Shown here piece after piece: positions 47,679 to 61,231 of a stretch of 64,000 bases of DNA; position 1 is the stretch's first letter; each line of letters begins with the position of its first letter. The DNA lies in contig CM074819.1 in assembly GCA_037447605.1 (NCBI GenBank), positions 1,758,297-1,822,296 of the forward strand. The letters run 5' to 3'. The translations under genes and the position numbers were made by a program. The notes beneath the pieces were generated by a model. It was not told where the DNA came from. It saw nothing but the letters and a program-made list of their open reading frames with translations, and did not search any database. This DNA is from Zygnema circumcarinatum SAG 698-1b. Lineage: Eukaryota > Plantae > Zygnematophyceae.

Positions 47679-50304
47679 GGGAGCATGGAACCAGTTAGAG
47701 CGTTTTTTGTTAGGCTTCAGTTTGACGGTTCCGTGTTGAACTGTTCCCGTTACAGTTTGAGAATACGTCTCAGCGAGAAGCTTGATTAGCGCAAAGCTCG
47801 ACGGAGGCTCCATGTGACGCGGAGCCTGCAGGTTCAGTTCCAACCGTTGTACAATTTTACAAAAAAAAAAAATCATGGAACGCGTCACTTTCATGTGATA
47901 CTGTCAGCTAAAACGCTAAAACCGTTAAAACGAAAAACCCTAAAATCGATTGCCCAAGCATCGTCGCTGACGTGCTCGATAAAACGTGAAGAAAAGTTCA
48001 CTGAATCTGGTCACAATAGTACTCCCAAGCGGCTGTTAAGTGCTCTAGGTTCACTGAACTTAGACATCGCGTCTACGTGACGCCATTCCGTCCGTACTGT
48101 CCCGTTCAAATGACTCGTTCTACATGCAAGGGAAATGGTGGTCCGTCCCGTTCAACAAGTCACATAGACAGCGACGCACGTGCACTTGAGGACGGCCAAT
48201 CCCTGTCAGTACAGATCGGTTGTTGATATTTTTGTCGTTTTCGTCATCTAGCAACATTTTTGGTGTACGGCAAAGGATTTTTTTGACCGTTTTCAACCTT
48301 TTCAACCGTTTCGTTGTAACTATTTTGTTTTTTTGGCTTTCCAAGATATGCTGCAACTTCCATCCGTACATAGGACGACCTCCGTACACTACTACAAACA
48401 AGCCCCGGTCCTACGTCGCAACAGCTAGCCGACAAAATCTGCATTTGACACCGTCCCGCCACGTGGACGTTCCGGCCTGTCGGAACCGGCCGACAATTCC
48501 GGCCGCAAACCCGGCCGACCGGTTCTCCGTACCGTTACGATTGGACGGCAGAGATTGGTCCGAGTTCTCCGTGATCTCCGATTCACCGTCGGATCTAAAG
48601 AAGTTTCTTCCAAACCTTGGAGACCGGCTCCCACCGACGGTAACCGATGGCAACCGCGAGCCACTCTTTTCGGACACGTGGAAAATTCGTAAGAGATCTA
48701 CCGGGGGGCTATTTAAAGTAAAATTTTCAGCCGCTATGTCTCAAAATGGGAATGAAACCAGCCACTCAGAGTTTGCCACGTGTGAAATTGTGCTGAGGTG
48801 ACGAGCTATGATTGGCTTTTGGGTTATCGTGGATTTCCACTGAGTGGGGCTCCGTCGCGACATCCGACGTGGCGTGTTCGCCGAATGTGCCACGTCGGAC
48901 GGCACGGGCCGACGTGGCCTACCAAGTTGGCCGCCTCCGGGGCGACCTTGATCGACGGTCACTGCGCGTCGATGCCAGCCTGGCGATAGGAACACAGGTG
49001 GCATTGAGACTGATCCTAAACGTTTACGTGGCAGCGGCCGATTGGTAAACATCTCCTCTCCTTCTCCTCTACCTCATAGCCACGTTGGTGCCACGTCGGC
49101 ACCAGGCCGTCCGACTACACCCCCATGGAACCAAAAATGTTGTTTCCTTCGACGCCAAGCTGTGCCATGGAACCCCCCCTTGCTGGGTCCCGCCAGCCAT
49201 TTACCGATCCACACAGCGCCCGCCAAACCGCCTTCAGCTGGCTCCCGTTTTGGACGCCCCATTGGGCCGGACCAGAAAAGGCTACACAAAAAAGTACACA
49301 AAATACAATAAGTACAATAACCGTACATAAGAAGTACAAGTAAAGTATTTACATGGACCAAAATTATAGATACTTTGCTCCAGGAAAATTAGTCCTGACG
49401 AGGTCCCCCGCCGCCCAGGCCAAAGTCCCCGAGCGACCCCAAACGAACGACGCGCAGGGACCCGTGGACTTTTCCCGCGCCTGTTTGACCGTACAAACCG
49501 TACAAATTCGCACGTATCTTCGCATGTTCGTACTCATTTGTCTCCATCCAGGGGACAATCCCACCGCCACTCGTGTGCTTTGACGTTTGGGGCAGCAAAC
49601 GACAAAAAACAAGTTTGTCGTTTGGGGTACCTCCGTCCTCAGATCTCACCCTCTCCTTCTAACCGTACACATCCGTACAAAACAACATAACTTTCGTACA
49701 ATCTGACTACAACACACTGCCGTTTCTATATGCGCTGTCATCGGTACGAACTATTCTGTCGTTTAGGATCGTACAACCCTAAACTCACCCTCTTGTCGAC
49801 GTGGTCACCTGCAGGTGGCTCTGTCGCCGGTATCTGGGGCCCACTGACCAATCAGGGGCCACGCCGACCCGTCCTGTTTTGTTCCGACCCGTGGGACTCG
49901 AGAGCGGATCCTGCCAATCAGGGAGGACCTTCGCCACTTGGCGCCGTCCCATTGGCCCCTTGAACCGCGCTTTTACTCCGCCTAACCGTCAGGCCCCGCC
50001 CCCTTTTAGCGCCGCCTCGCCGCAACCTCCCTCAGTCGCCGCCTCTCCCTCCCTCTCCCTCCCTCCCTCCCGCTCTCTCCATCCGTCTCTCCCGCTCTCC
50101 CACTACCACTACCACTCCCACTCCCACTCACTCTCCCGGTCCCTCCCCTCACTTGCGCTCTCCTCTCTCCCTCTCTCTCTCTCCCTCTCCCTCTCTCTCT
50201 CTCCCTCTCCCTCTCTCCCTCTCCCTCTCCCTTCTTCTCTATTACCCGCTCTTACTCTGTTCTCCCTCCCTCCCTCCCACCCTTCCCGCTCTCTCTCCCC
50301 CACC

Positions 50305-53300
50305 ATGGTCCGCCACGGGTACCGCCTCGCCCCTCTCAAGAGTCCCCCCCCTCCCTCCGCCTTCCTCTCCCTCTTCCTCTGCCGCCATGCCCCTCTCATA
50401 GGCGCCCTCCTCCTCCTCACTTGGACCTGGCACATAGTGGAGCAGCCCGCCTCTCCCTGCCCTCCCTCCTTCTCTCCCTCCTCCCTCTCCTCCCTCTCCT
50501 CCTCCCTCGACCGCCGCCTCCTTCAGTCCGCCCACCCCTCCCACCTCCTCTCTGAAACTTTCGAACCCATCTCCCGCCGCATCCTCAAGTCCTCCGAGGA
50601 CCTTTTTACCTTCAGTTCTAATGACAAGGCGGTCCCCGCGGTCCCCTCGATGACCATTTTCTGCGCCCCCAAGTCCTTCGCCAATGAGAGCATTCTCCCT
50701 CAGAGAAGGGCCCTTCTCTCATGGCTCGCCCTAAAACCCGCCCCCAAAATCGTCCTATTGGGGGACGACCCCACATTCGCTGACGTGGCGGCTGAATTCC
50801 CGAGCCACGTGTCAGTCGACGCTAACCTGGACTACAATTTCTATGGGATCCCTCAGTTCCACAGTATTGTTGCGAGGGCTCAGGCGGCGGATACGGACCT
50901 TTCCATGATCATCAATGGCGACATCATTCTGTTGAATGACGTCATGCCCGCCATAGTGAAGGTGAATTCTATGTTCGAGCACTGGGTGCTGACGGCACCT
51001 CGCTGGGATTTGGGCCAAGAATTTCCGTTCAGTTTCGAGCCTACTGAATTGAAGCGGATGCGGAAAACGGTGGCGGAATTCGAGGACGAAATTCGTCGTT
51101 TTGCGCAGAGGACGGGGAGCCTTCACACGTACGGAGGCGTTGACTTTTGGCTTTGGAACAACTCCCCGAAGCCCCTCTTCGCCGGCCAAATGCCCCCGTT
51201 CACATTTGGCCGCTCCAAATACGACAACTGGTTCACGCACGAGGCGATCGCGGCGGGTACTCGGCAGGTGGTGGACGCGGGGGAGGCCCTAACGAACTTA
51301 CACGTGGCGCACGCCTACGCGCACGTGAGCACGACGACCGGTAACGGGACGGCTGGGGCGGTTGAGGCCGGTAAGAACTTTTGGAGCATGCGGAAGAAGA
51401 GCAGTTGGGAGATGTTCAACAACATCCATCTCGCGGAGAGCCACGGATCGTACACCAATCAGAAGGGGACAGCGTTGCATGCGCCGTGGAGACTGGCGGC
51501 GTGCTACGAGCCGGCAGGTATGGGAGGATGAAGGAAGGGAGGGAGGGAGGGAGGGAGGGAGGGGAGAGTGGGAGAGGTGGTAGTGGGTGGGAGGAGAGGG
51601 CTGGGGTGGTAGTGGGGGGAAGGGGAGGGCTGGGAGTGGGGGGGAGGAGAGGGGAGTGGGGGTGGGGTGGGTGGTGGGAGGGGAGGGGAGGGGAGGGAGA
51701 TGGGGGGGAAGAGGAGAGCGGGTAGGTGGTGGCAGGGAGATGGTGGGGGGGGGGAAGGAAAGTGGAAAGTTTTGAGGGGAGAAGAAGGGGGACAGGGGGC
51801 AGCGGGAGGGAGAGATCAAGAGATAGAAGGGGGGGGGACGGGGGGAATGCGGGAGCGAGAGGGGGTAGCGAGTAGAAAAGGAGAGGGGAGGGAGAGAATG
51901 GGAAGGTGATGGGCCGGTGGTGGGTCTTTGGGGGAGGAAAAATAGCCATAGTCAGGATCCTAGTCAAGTCAAAAACTCTCATCTCCAAATATTGGGCCTC
52001 CTTAAGCCTGCTGGATTGCAGAACCCAAAACCTTCAAACCTCCTTGAAAATCCGAACTTTAAAATTGTGATTCTTCCTTGAAAAGGGTGTAATCCTTAAT
52101 GCTTAATCTTTAATGCTTAATCCTTAAATCTTAATTCCTAATTCTTAATTGCTCCCTCTCCCTCTCCCTCTCCCTCTTTCCTAATTCTCTTCGTGATTGT
52201 CCCCGCAGCTGGAAACATGTGCATGTTGAAGCGAACCCGCCCAGCAAACTGCTCCTGCGAATACTCTCCGTACATTACCTCCACCCAATCAGACCCCAAA
52301 CTTGACAACAAGGGGAGGTGGACCTGCGGAATGGTGTCGGTGGATAAGTCCAAAGATTACACCATCGTAACCTCCGCCTCCTCCAATTCCACTCCCGGTC
52401 TTCCACACACCATGGATCAACTCCTCCCGGTTCAAGCCCTCGAGATCAACGGTCTACAAGTCGTGACACTTGTCGCCGTCACATTCGGCTATGCGGAGAT
52501 GCTCATGAACTTTGTCTGCCAACTTCGGCTCATGAACCTTCACAAGAACCTTCTAATTGCTGCTTTAGACGAAGACCTATACAAATTCGCCTTCACTCAG
52601 GGGCTACCTGTATACTATGAGAAGGCAGGAGATGGGTTAAAGTCGATTGATTCTGGAAATTGCGCCTTTGGGAGTCAATGTTTCCGGCAATTCACAAAGC
52701 TTAAGTCAAGGGCTGTGCTTAAAGTTCTGAAGGCAGGATACTCTGTACTATGGACTGATGTCGATATTGTATGGTACAAGGACCCCCTCCCTGATCTTAT
52801 GAGCTTCGGAGCCGGAACTTTCCCTATTCAGAGTAATGAGCCGAATGGGTCAATCCCAGGCAGCGGAATAAGAAGAATTAATTCTGGGTTTTACTTTGCT
52901 CGTTCAGATAAGCTCACAATTGATGCTTTTGAAGCGATAGTTTCGCATGCAGCTAAGACTAAGCTTTCGGAGCAGCCCAGTTTCTATGATGTTCTATGTG
53001 GGGTTAAAGGGGAGCTGCTAGTGAAGGGGAAGGAGGAGTGCAGGTGGACCAATGGGCTTAGAACGATCTTTCTGGACCGTTCCGTTTACCCTAACGGAGC
53101 AGTACATGGGTTCTGGAGCACGGAGAACGTAACTGAAGCATGTAAAGCGAAGGGGTGTACTATTCTGCACAACAATTGGATCTCAGGGAAAGATGCGAAG
53201 AAGGAGAGATTGGTTCAGAATGGATATTGGCAATATGATGTGGAGAGGAGAATGTGCATGCACGGATGGCACAATAAGCTGTTGGAAAATTTGAGTACTC

Positions 53301-53332
53301 CCTCTAAGGGTGGTAGTAAGACTGTGAAGTAG
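50305..53332 (+). CDS. RAY1: Beta-arabinofuranosyltransferase RAY1-like (GT77, nucleotide-diphospho-sugar transferase), 2 exons (50305-51517, 52209-53332)
   Basis: Type II membrane anchor; N-terminal domain TIFCAP..QRRALLSWLAL..PQFHSIVARA; C-terminal LIAALDE..CAFGSQCF..KSRAVLKVLKAGYSVLWTDVDIVW..RRINSGFYFARSD..SEQPSFYDVLCG..LHNNWISG; intron GT-AG, phase 1. Confidence 0.88.
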
Positions 53333-56032
53333 AGGGGAGGGAGAGAGAGAGAGAGGGTTAAAAGCCTTTTGAAGGGTGCAGAGAAGCTGAAGGAGAGGTG
53401 GGAGAGAAGCTTCAGTTACAAGTGGGTGCTTCCATTTTTTAGGGTTTTAGATCTTGTAAAATGCGCCCATTGCAGACTGGGTGCTGTGTAAAGTCGTAGT
53501 GGTGTTAACAAAGTCAAAATCTTTTTCCTGTTAGAGGAGAAGGGCGTTGAACCCTTCACATCGATTTATTGATTCATTGAACCCTCCGTGTTTGGGTCGA
53601 GGCAGGCAAGAGGGAGAGGAGAGATGGGCATGGAGGGGGGCAGAAACCACTCACAGTAATGCGGAAAATTCTGCTCCTCAAGCTGTTCTGTTAAATGGCT
53701 GCAACCACAAGAGAGAGGGAGAGAGAGAGGGAGAGAGAGGGAGAATGGGTGCGACAGAGAGCGAAACGGAGAGGGAGGGGAGGAGGGGGAGGGCGAGGGA
53801 GAGGGAGAGGGAGAGGGAGGGAGAGGGACAGTGCTGGAGGAGCTTGAGGAGGTTACTTGTAGGATCAGTGTTCCTATGTATTGTGATATTAGAATTCGTA
53901 CAAGGAACGGCTCTGCTCTGTCAATCGCTAGGGTACAAATGCACGGTGGGAGGGAGAGAGAGGGAGAGAGAGGGAGAGAGAGGGAGTGCGGGAGAAAGGA
54001 GAGGGAGTGAGGGAGGAGAGGAGAGGGAGTGGGAGTGGGAGGAGAGAATGGCAGTGGGTGTGAGTGGGAGCAATAAGAAGATGGTCCCCTTGTTGGAGGT
54101 CAATGTCAGCCATGGTTTCAAGCTTAGAAACATGTCCTTCCCTCGCACGTGGGAACGCTGTAGCTGCTCTTCGATGCAATTCTTTCGATGTTGGTTCGCT
54201 TCATGAAGAAATTCGAATAGGAATTACATGATGGTCAATGTGCAATTTTTTATCCGTGGACATGTGCATGCATGCATGATCTGCAAGTCTTGGTGGTTTG
54301 GATCGAGTTTTTTGGTATTTTGGGAATGTCGTTGTTCGTGGTTTCTTGGTTATTTGTACTCGGACGGACTCGAACCTTTGACTTGATGGACTCGGTATCT
54401 CGTCTCGGAAAGGAACAGGAGGGGGAGAGAGAGAGAGAGAGAGAGAGGGAGGGGGCTGGAGGGAGGGAGAGCAAGAGGGAGGGGGGAGAGAGAAGGGAGA
54501 GAGAGCGAGGGGGGAGAGAGAGAGGGAAGGGGATAGAGAGAGGGAGGGGAAAGAGATAGAAGGGAGAGAGAGGGAGGGGGAGAGAGGAGCGGAGCGAGAG
54601 AGGGTGGGAGAGGAGGGAGTAAAAATGCCAAGTGGCAGGTGATGATAGCGCCTCCTTCTCGACACCCTGACTTCCACGTGGCATGAAAATGTTCACACTT
54701 CAGTCCGTCCACCAATCATAGCTCGCCACGTGGACAAAAAAAAAGCGCAGTCCCACGCTGACCAAATCTCGAGAGCTCTTTTCGCGGGATGCAAACAACC
54801 GTATGCATTCGTACGGTGTCATATGTATGGTGCTCATATCGTTGTAAACGAATCTCGGCCGTTGAAATTCAAAAAATCGTACTGATCCGACGGACACGAT
54901 GGACCTGGTGTGAGTTTGACGGCCTAACAGCCAGTCTCTGGACGACACGTGGTGGCTGTCTCTAGTACCACTCGAAAGTCATTGAAACCTGGTGAATTAC
55001 CGCAAGACGACAAAACATCGTACATTCGTGAGGTCAAATCTTAACTTTTTCCATCCGCATATCCATGTCGTTTTTCGAACACAACCGATGCCGTGGTTTT
55101 GTCTCTTGCGGTCCAGCGTACGGTCGACAACGGCAGGTCGTTATGCCGTACAGTTCAGTAGACGGGACGACAAGTGACAGTTATAACCGTTTCCTGTTGT
55201 TTATATGTACAAGAAATATGGATTTGGCGAGAAATTAGCCCCCAACCAACAAGAATTGGTTGGGGGCATCTGCTTCGAACAATACTGATCGAAGCGGACA
55301 GTACAGACCGGTGCTGAGCTTTCTTACAGTTCGTAAAAGACAAGAAATATGAGAAAAGCCGTTGGCCCGTTTCTGAGTCAACGGTTGTCTATCCAACGGT
55401 ACGCAGTTGAAATGGACCGCGTCAACTGAACTGCAACTGGAACGGGAACGTTACTGGAATAGAACTGGCTGGACGGTATGAACTGAACCGAACCGAACCA
55501 ACCATTGCAATGGCCCCCACTCAGTGGGAACCATAACAATTGTCGGATTCTCGTGTTCACATGAATGGCTCAACTTGTCCGGCCATCCACACCAACTACT
55601 CCAAAACATGGTCATCTCAAACAACAACAACACGAGTCCACTAGGAGAGCAAAACTTGCATGTTCAATTCCATACAAAGTTGCACATTTTTATAGTACAC
55701 AAGAGCATGAACATGAACATGAACATGAACACGAACATGGATATGAACATGAACTTCTCACTCATGCACGCATGCATGTGAGATGCATGCCTACATGGCA
55801 CTGCGCCCTACCAACATCTTCCTCACCGCCTTTCAGAACTTCACTTCAGCAATCCTCTTCCACCACCTCACCTCTTCCTACACCCGTCTCCCACGCACCT
55901 CTCTCACTCTCTCTCTCTCTCTCTCTGTGCCGCCCTCTCCTTCCATCGATATACCTTCGTAAGCAAGTACTTGCAGTACTTTGCATGCCTGACTCTCTCT
56001 CTTCACCACTCCCATCTCTTCATCTCTCTCTA

Positions 56033-59000
56033 TCATCTTCTCCTCTCCGAAGGAAACGCTCCTCTTTCATGACGACCACTGCTAATGCTCCGATCTTCAC
56101 CTCCTTCACCATTATACGCCCTCCAATCTCCCTCCTCCATCTGGAAGTGTGCTCTAACATCACCATACACACCTTGAGCCTCTCCCTCTCCCTCCATAGC
56201 AATTCTTAGCTCCTTTCCCTCCATCTCTCCCTCCAACCTTCTCCCTTCCTCTCCGTCTCTTTCGTCTCCTTCTTCGTCATCACCTTCAGGTTCTTCGTCT
56301 TCATCTCCTTCTTCTTCCTCTACTTCGTCCTCTCCTCCTACTCCTCCTTCTCCTACTACTTCTACTCCTCCTGTTTCTCCTTCTATTTCTTCTTCTTCTT
56401 CTTCTTCTACTTCTTCTTCTTCTTCGTCGTCTCCTTCTTCGTCTTCTCCGTCTCCTTCGTCTCCTTCTAATTCTTCGTTTCCTTCTTCTCCTTCTTCTTC
56501 TGCATCTTCTCCTTCTGCTGCTTCGTCTTCTTCTTTTTGGTCGTGAGAATTTTTGGAGTTGCTGCTTATTTTTGGGTTTTCTGATTCAAACATTATCTCT
56601 CGCCCGTCTCCTTCTTCTTCATTCTCCTCACTCCCATCCATGTCCAATGAAAGCCTCATAACTCCCTCTCCCGCCATCCCTCCTCCCCTGCTTTCTCTCA
56701 ACTCCGTTGATGGTTCTCCTCTCTCTTTCCTCTCCTCCCTCCCTCCGTCCCTTAATTGCGCAAATCGCCGCCTCTCGTGCTGCCACGTGTCAACCCTCGG
56801 ACGAGTCTCCGCCTGACACATGTGACGACCTCAGTTCCGTTACATGACATTCCCGGGAGAGGGGAAGAGACGGGACAGGGAGAGGGCAGAGAGAGGGAGG
56901 CGAGGGAGAGGGAGTTGAGAGGGGAGGGAGAAGTCGCAGAGATTGAGAGTGGACAGAGAAGAAGAGTGGAGGAAGAAGAAGAGTGGAGGGAGAGGGGCGG
57001 GAGAGAGAAAGTGGAGGGAGAAGGGAGGGAGAGGGGAAGGAGAGGGGAGGGAGAGGAAAAGTGGAGGGAGAGGGAAGGGAGAGGAAGAGTGGACGGAGAG
57101 GAGAGGGAGAGGAAGTGTTAAGGAAGTGCCAGGAAGAAGGGGAGAGAGGGGAAAAGGAGTGGAGATTGAGGGGAGAGGGGAGAGGGCAGGGGAGAGGGAG
57201 GGAGAGGGGAGGGCGAGGGGAGGGAGAGGGAGGCCGAGGAACAAGGGAGAGAGAGGAAAAGAGGAGGGTGAGGGGAGGGAGAGGGGAGGGAGAGGGGACG
57301 AAGAGGGGAGGGAGAGGGGAGGAAGAGGAGAGGAAGAGGAGAGGAAGAGGAGAGGAGAAGAGGGAAGAAGAGGAGGAGAGAGGGAGGGAGGGAGGGAGGG
57401 AGAGGAGAGGGAGGGAGGGATGGAGAGGGAGAGGGAGGGAGAGAGGGAGAGGAGAGGGAGGGAGAGAGGGGGAAAGGGGAGGGAGAGAGGGAGCAGGAAG
57501 GGGAGGAGGGAGGGAGGAGAGGGAAGGGAGAGGGAGGAGGGAGGGAGAGGAGGGAGGAGAGGGAGGGAGGGAGGAAGAGGAAGGAGAGAGAGGGAGGAGA
57601 GGGGGGAGGGAGTACCCTCCGCGCGGCCTGCATTGCGCACTGCTGCGCGAGCCAGCTGGCGAGCCCTCGTTGGTCCTCGCGGCCCCTTACGGCCAGCGCG
57701 TGGACAGCTGGCAGGTCGGCGTGGACCAGCGTGTGCCTGCCCCAAAAACCAAAAATTAAAAAACCGAACCACCAAAAATGGAAATCAAAAACTTGTTTAT
57801 GGCGGAGGTTTAGGGTTTAGGGTTCAGGATTTAGGGTTTATGGTGTAAGTTTAGGGTTGAGGGTTTAAGATTTTAGGGTTTAGGGTTTAGGGTTTCGGGT
57901 TTAGGGTTTAGGGTTTAGGGTTTAGGGTTTAGGGTTTAGGGTTTAGGGTTCAGGGTTTAGGATTTAGGGTTTTAGGGTATAGGGTTTCGGGTTTAGGGTT
58001 TACCAGTGTCGCGCGAGCCTTTTTTTTTCGACCTCCTCCTCGTGCGCGGACCAATGGGAGGGCTCCAATCCGTTGTGCTGGAAGTCCCACCGCACCTCCT
58101 CCCCGTTTTGTCGTCTTCTGGCAACTTCGTGCCACATCTCTCGACTCAACTGTGGACAAAAAGGACGAAAAAACATATCAAAGGTAGTTGAATTAAATTG
58201 ACTTGAATTGAATCGAACAAAAGTAAAATCAACTGAATTTAATGACATAAATTTGATTGAATCAAATGCTGGATACGTTTTCATTAATATTTTAGTATTT
58301 TGGTCAAGAGTTCCCGTCTTCCTCCCTCTCCTTCGCCCGCCGGCGATCCGTCTCCCCATTCCTCCCACTCCCTTCCCCACCTCTCTCCCCTTCCCCCTCC
58401 CTTTCTCCCTCTCCCCCTCTCCCCCTCTCCCCCTNNNNNNNNNNGGGGGGGGGGGGGGGAAGGGAAAGGGAGAGGGAGAAATATGGAGAAGGTGAGGGAG
58501 AGACAAGAAAACTAAAAAAACGCCAGTAAATCCTGGTCCCTAAAACCCCTGAATACCCTAAAATCTTAGCAACCCTAAAACGTGATAACAGTATGAGTAT
58601 TTTTAGGCAAAAGATGGTAACCTCCGACTGATCTCGAGATTTGGAAGAGACTCCGTCGAATCGTAGAGCGCCACCTGTCCCTGCGGTCCTAAAATTTGTC
58701 CTTTAATGTTCACCACTGCTTCAAAAAGTTTCGCTTTTTTCGGATCTCCTCGTTCAAGCTCTTCCAGATACCGAACGCGACACCTGTCACGCCGGGAGAG
58801 GAAGCCACGTGTCACTTTTTAACTCGTCCTTTTGTTTTGTCGTTTTGAGAGAGTTAATCAGAGTATGACTAGTCATAGTCGCGCTTCCTCTCCCTCTCCT
58901 CCTCCCGCTCTCCCTCTCACATTCCACCTACTGCTCCTGCAAAAGATTTTATCACTCTCCCACTTCATCTATCTCTCCCTCTCTCTTTCCTTCTCCCGCT

Positions 59001-60577
59001 CCCGCTTCTTCTCCGTCTCCGTCGGTCTCTCCCTCTGCCACTGTCCCTACTCTCGGCCTCTCCCGCTCCGACTCCCTCTCCCTCAACATCTGTCTGTCGC
59101 TCCTCTTGCCAACACCCGCTCCGACTCCCTATCCATCTGTCTCTCCCTCTCCCTCTCCCTCTTCAGCTGTCCTCTCCCCCCTTCCCCTCTCCTCCCTTCC
59201 CCCTTCCCTCCTGCCCCCGCCTCCTCCGCTCGCTCCGCTCCCCCATCCCCCCCTCCCCCTCTCCCCCCTTCTCCCCACTTCCTCTCTCCCTCCTCCCCCC
59301 TCCTTGCCCTATCCGTCCCCCTCTCCCTCCCCCCTCCTCCCCTTCCCCCCTCTCTCCCCTTCTNNNNNNNNNNCTCTCCCTCCTCCCCCCTCCTTGCCCT
59401 ATCCGTCCCCCTCTCCCTCCCCCCTCCTCCCCTTCCCCCCCTTCACCCCTTCTCCCCACTTCCCCTCTCCCTCCTCCCTCCCCCCCCGCCTCACCGTTTG
59501 AAAGCAGAGGGAAGACTCGCCAGAGGCCCCTCCCACTCCTCCCACACATTCTGCATTCGCCGAAGCATCCCCACCATTCTGCAAAACGCTCCCACACTCT
59601 TCGGTAAAATAATGTCGTAAAAAGATATATTGAATAAAGAAATTACGAAAGGAAAGGTCTAGTGAACTCATGAAATGCTAATTTCAACTATGCTTATAAT
59701 ATGATGATGATTGTTGTTGTTATTATTGATTAGTGCTGTATTATTGTTTTCATGCGTGGTACATTCTTCAAATGATTCGACCCACCGTGTGTGATACGTG
59801 TGAAGGTTTCGCAAATATTTTCGCCGCCTTTTCCGTAACTTTTCGTCCTGCTTCTCGATTTCGTCGGGGAGAAATTTTCCAAGGCAGACATCTGCGCCCC
59901 TGCACACTTCTTCATCTCAAATCTTCCGTGAATTGAATTCCCCCAAGAAAAGGGTNNNNNNNNNNGAGGGGGGAGGGGATGGAGGAAAAGGAGGGAGGGA
60001 GGGAGGGGGTAAAAAGGGGTTTTAGGGTTTGCATAAAAGTGGACAGATGTGAAATAACATTTAGATTTTTTTTCTTTTTTAAAAAGTTACATTTACCATT
60101 TCCGCAAAGGGTTTCCAAAATCCACATTTTCGCCCCTAAAGAGAGGGTCCAAAACGATTTCAGGACTGATGCCACGTGGCAGCAAACGGCGCATCCTCTT
60201 CCGCTCCTCTGACGTCAGACATTCCCGCCACGTCTGCACCACCCCCGAATGACGTCAGCCCGCCCGCCACCTCAGCCCTAATTCTTCCCAATCCCTCCCT
60301 GACACGTGTACCCTCTTCCAACCCCATCCGACGTGTCCCTTCCCATGTCTCGCCATGTGTCACCATTGCCAACCCAACCATTAGCCACCGCCACGTGGCA
60401 ACTCTGCCGCTGCCACGTGGCATCCCCCTGTACCTTCCAGTTCAGCACTCCCTTCAGATCCTTGAGCTCATAAATCTCCTCCGGAACCTCCAGCGTGGCA
60501 GCCACGCCACGTGGCAGCTCCTCCTGCGCCGGAAAGAGCCCCTCTGGAACGCTGTACCGCCGCCGGGGGGCGCCCAC
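56033..60577 (-). CDS. Unidentified multi-exon protein with an acidic C-terminus
   Basis: Exons ending 59786, 59578-59495, 58783-58675, 58149-58004, 57736-57616 and 56812-56033 join GT-AG in consistent phase into one open frame (KYLRNLHTYHTR-MVGMLRRMQNVWEEWEGP..RCRVRYLEELERGD..LSREMWHEVARR..RHW-HTLVHADLP..AARR-AETRPRVDTWQHERRRF..); exon 60577-60434 likely but its join crosses an N gap; start not resolved. Confidence 0.6.
57808..58001 (+). repeat. Interstitial plant-type telomeric array (TTTAGGG)n, degenerate, inside an intron
   Basis: Roughly 27 units with variants. Confidence 0.92.
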
Positions 60578-60696
60578 CTGCGTGCCACGTGGCACGTGGG
60601 GGGCTGGGGACGGGGCAACACGGGGCTTGCCCATTGTCGAACACTCAGGGATTGCCACGTGGCGCACTGTGCTTCCCTTTAGGGCTGCCACGTGGC
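60171..60696. promoter_or_regulatory. Cluster of seven perfect GCCACGTGGC (G-box/ABRE core) palindromes
   Basis: At 60171, 60390, 60412, 60506, 60584, 60654 and 60687; function not demonstrated. Confidence 0.4.
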
Positions 60697-60780
60697 AAGT
60701 TGAAGGGGGCCCTGCCAATGGTCAAACAATGGCCAAGGGCATAGTAAATAAAAGATGTACATATTCGTACACAAAAGGTA

Positions 60781-61231
60781 CCCCTAATATTTTCCACCCG
60801 ACGCTACCCAAGAAATTCGCCCTGATTATTTGGAGAGAACCACTTTTCTCCGCACTTTTAGTCAGTGTTACTGTATTCGGGGTGTTAACCTAACCTGACC
60901 TATTTTTCAATACAAAATCTGTTAATTGAAACGGATTTCAAACATGGGTCACGCTATTCCGCTGTACGGCGGTTACGGATAAAATCTCTGAATCGTACAT
61001 TATACGTACGGCACCAATAGGAGCTCGTGTAGTTAAATGTTTGGCACCAATAGGAGCTCGCGACAGGCCCACTGGGCAGCCATGCGCCTCCGTACAGGGA
61101 GAAACACTAGCCGCAGGCCGGTCTCGAGAAACCACGACCGCCCGCCTAATGTTAACACGGACTTCCGTTTACTTTCCAATCCCAAGATTTTCGTCCAATA
61201 TCGGCCGAAACCATGGCGAAAATATTAGGGG
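60781..61231. mobile_element. Small MITE-like relative of the CAGT-TIR family
   Basis: 13-bp perfect IR cccctaatatttt / aaaatattagggg; aaaccatggcgaaaatat matches the reverse complement of the 10800 region; TSD unclear. Confidence 0.4.

Noticed and set aside
50305-53332. Two-domain glycosyltransferase as a novel fusion
   Set aside because: The architecture matches what I recall for plant RAY1 (GT77); an ordinary host gene
53900-54230. Open stretch on the minus strand as a further exon of the 56-60 kb gene
   Set aside because: The acidic exon already ends in a stop at 56033, and no consistent splice model or homology was found
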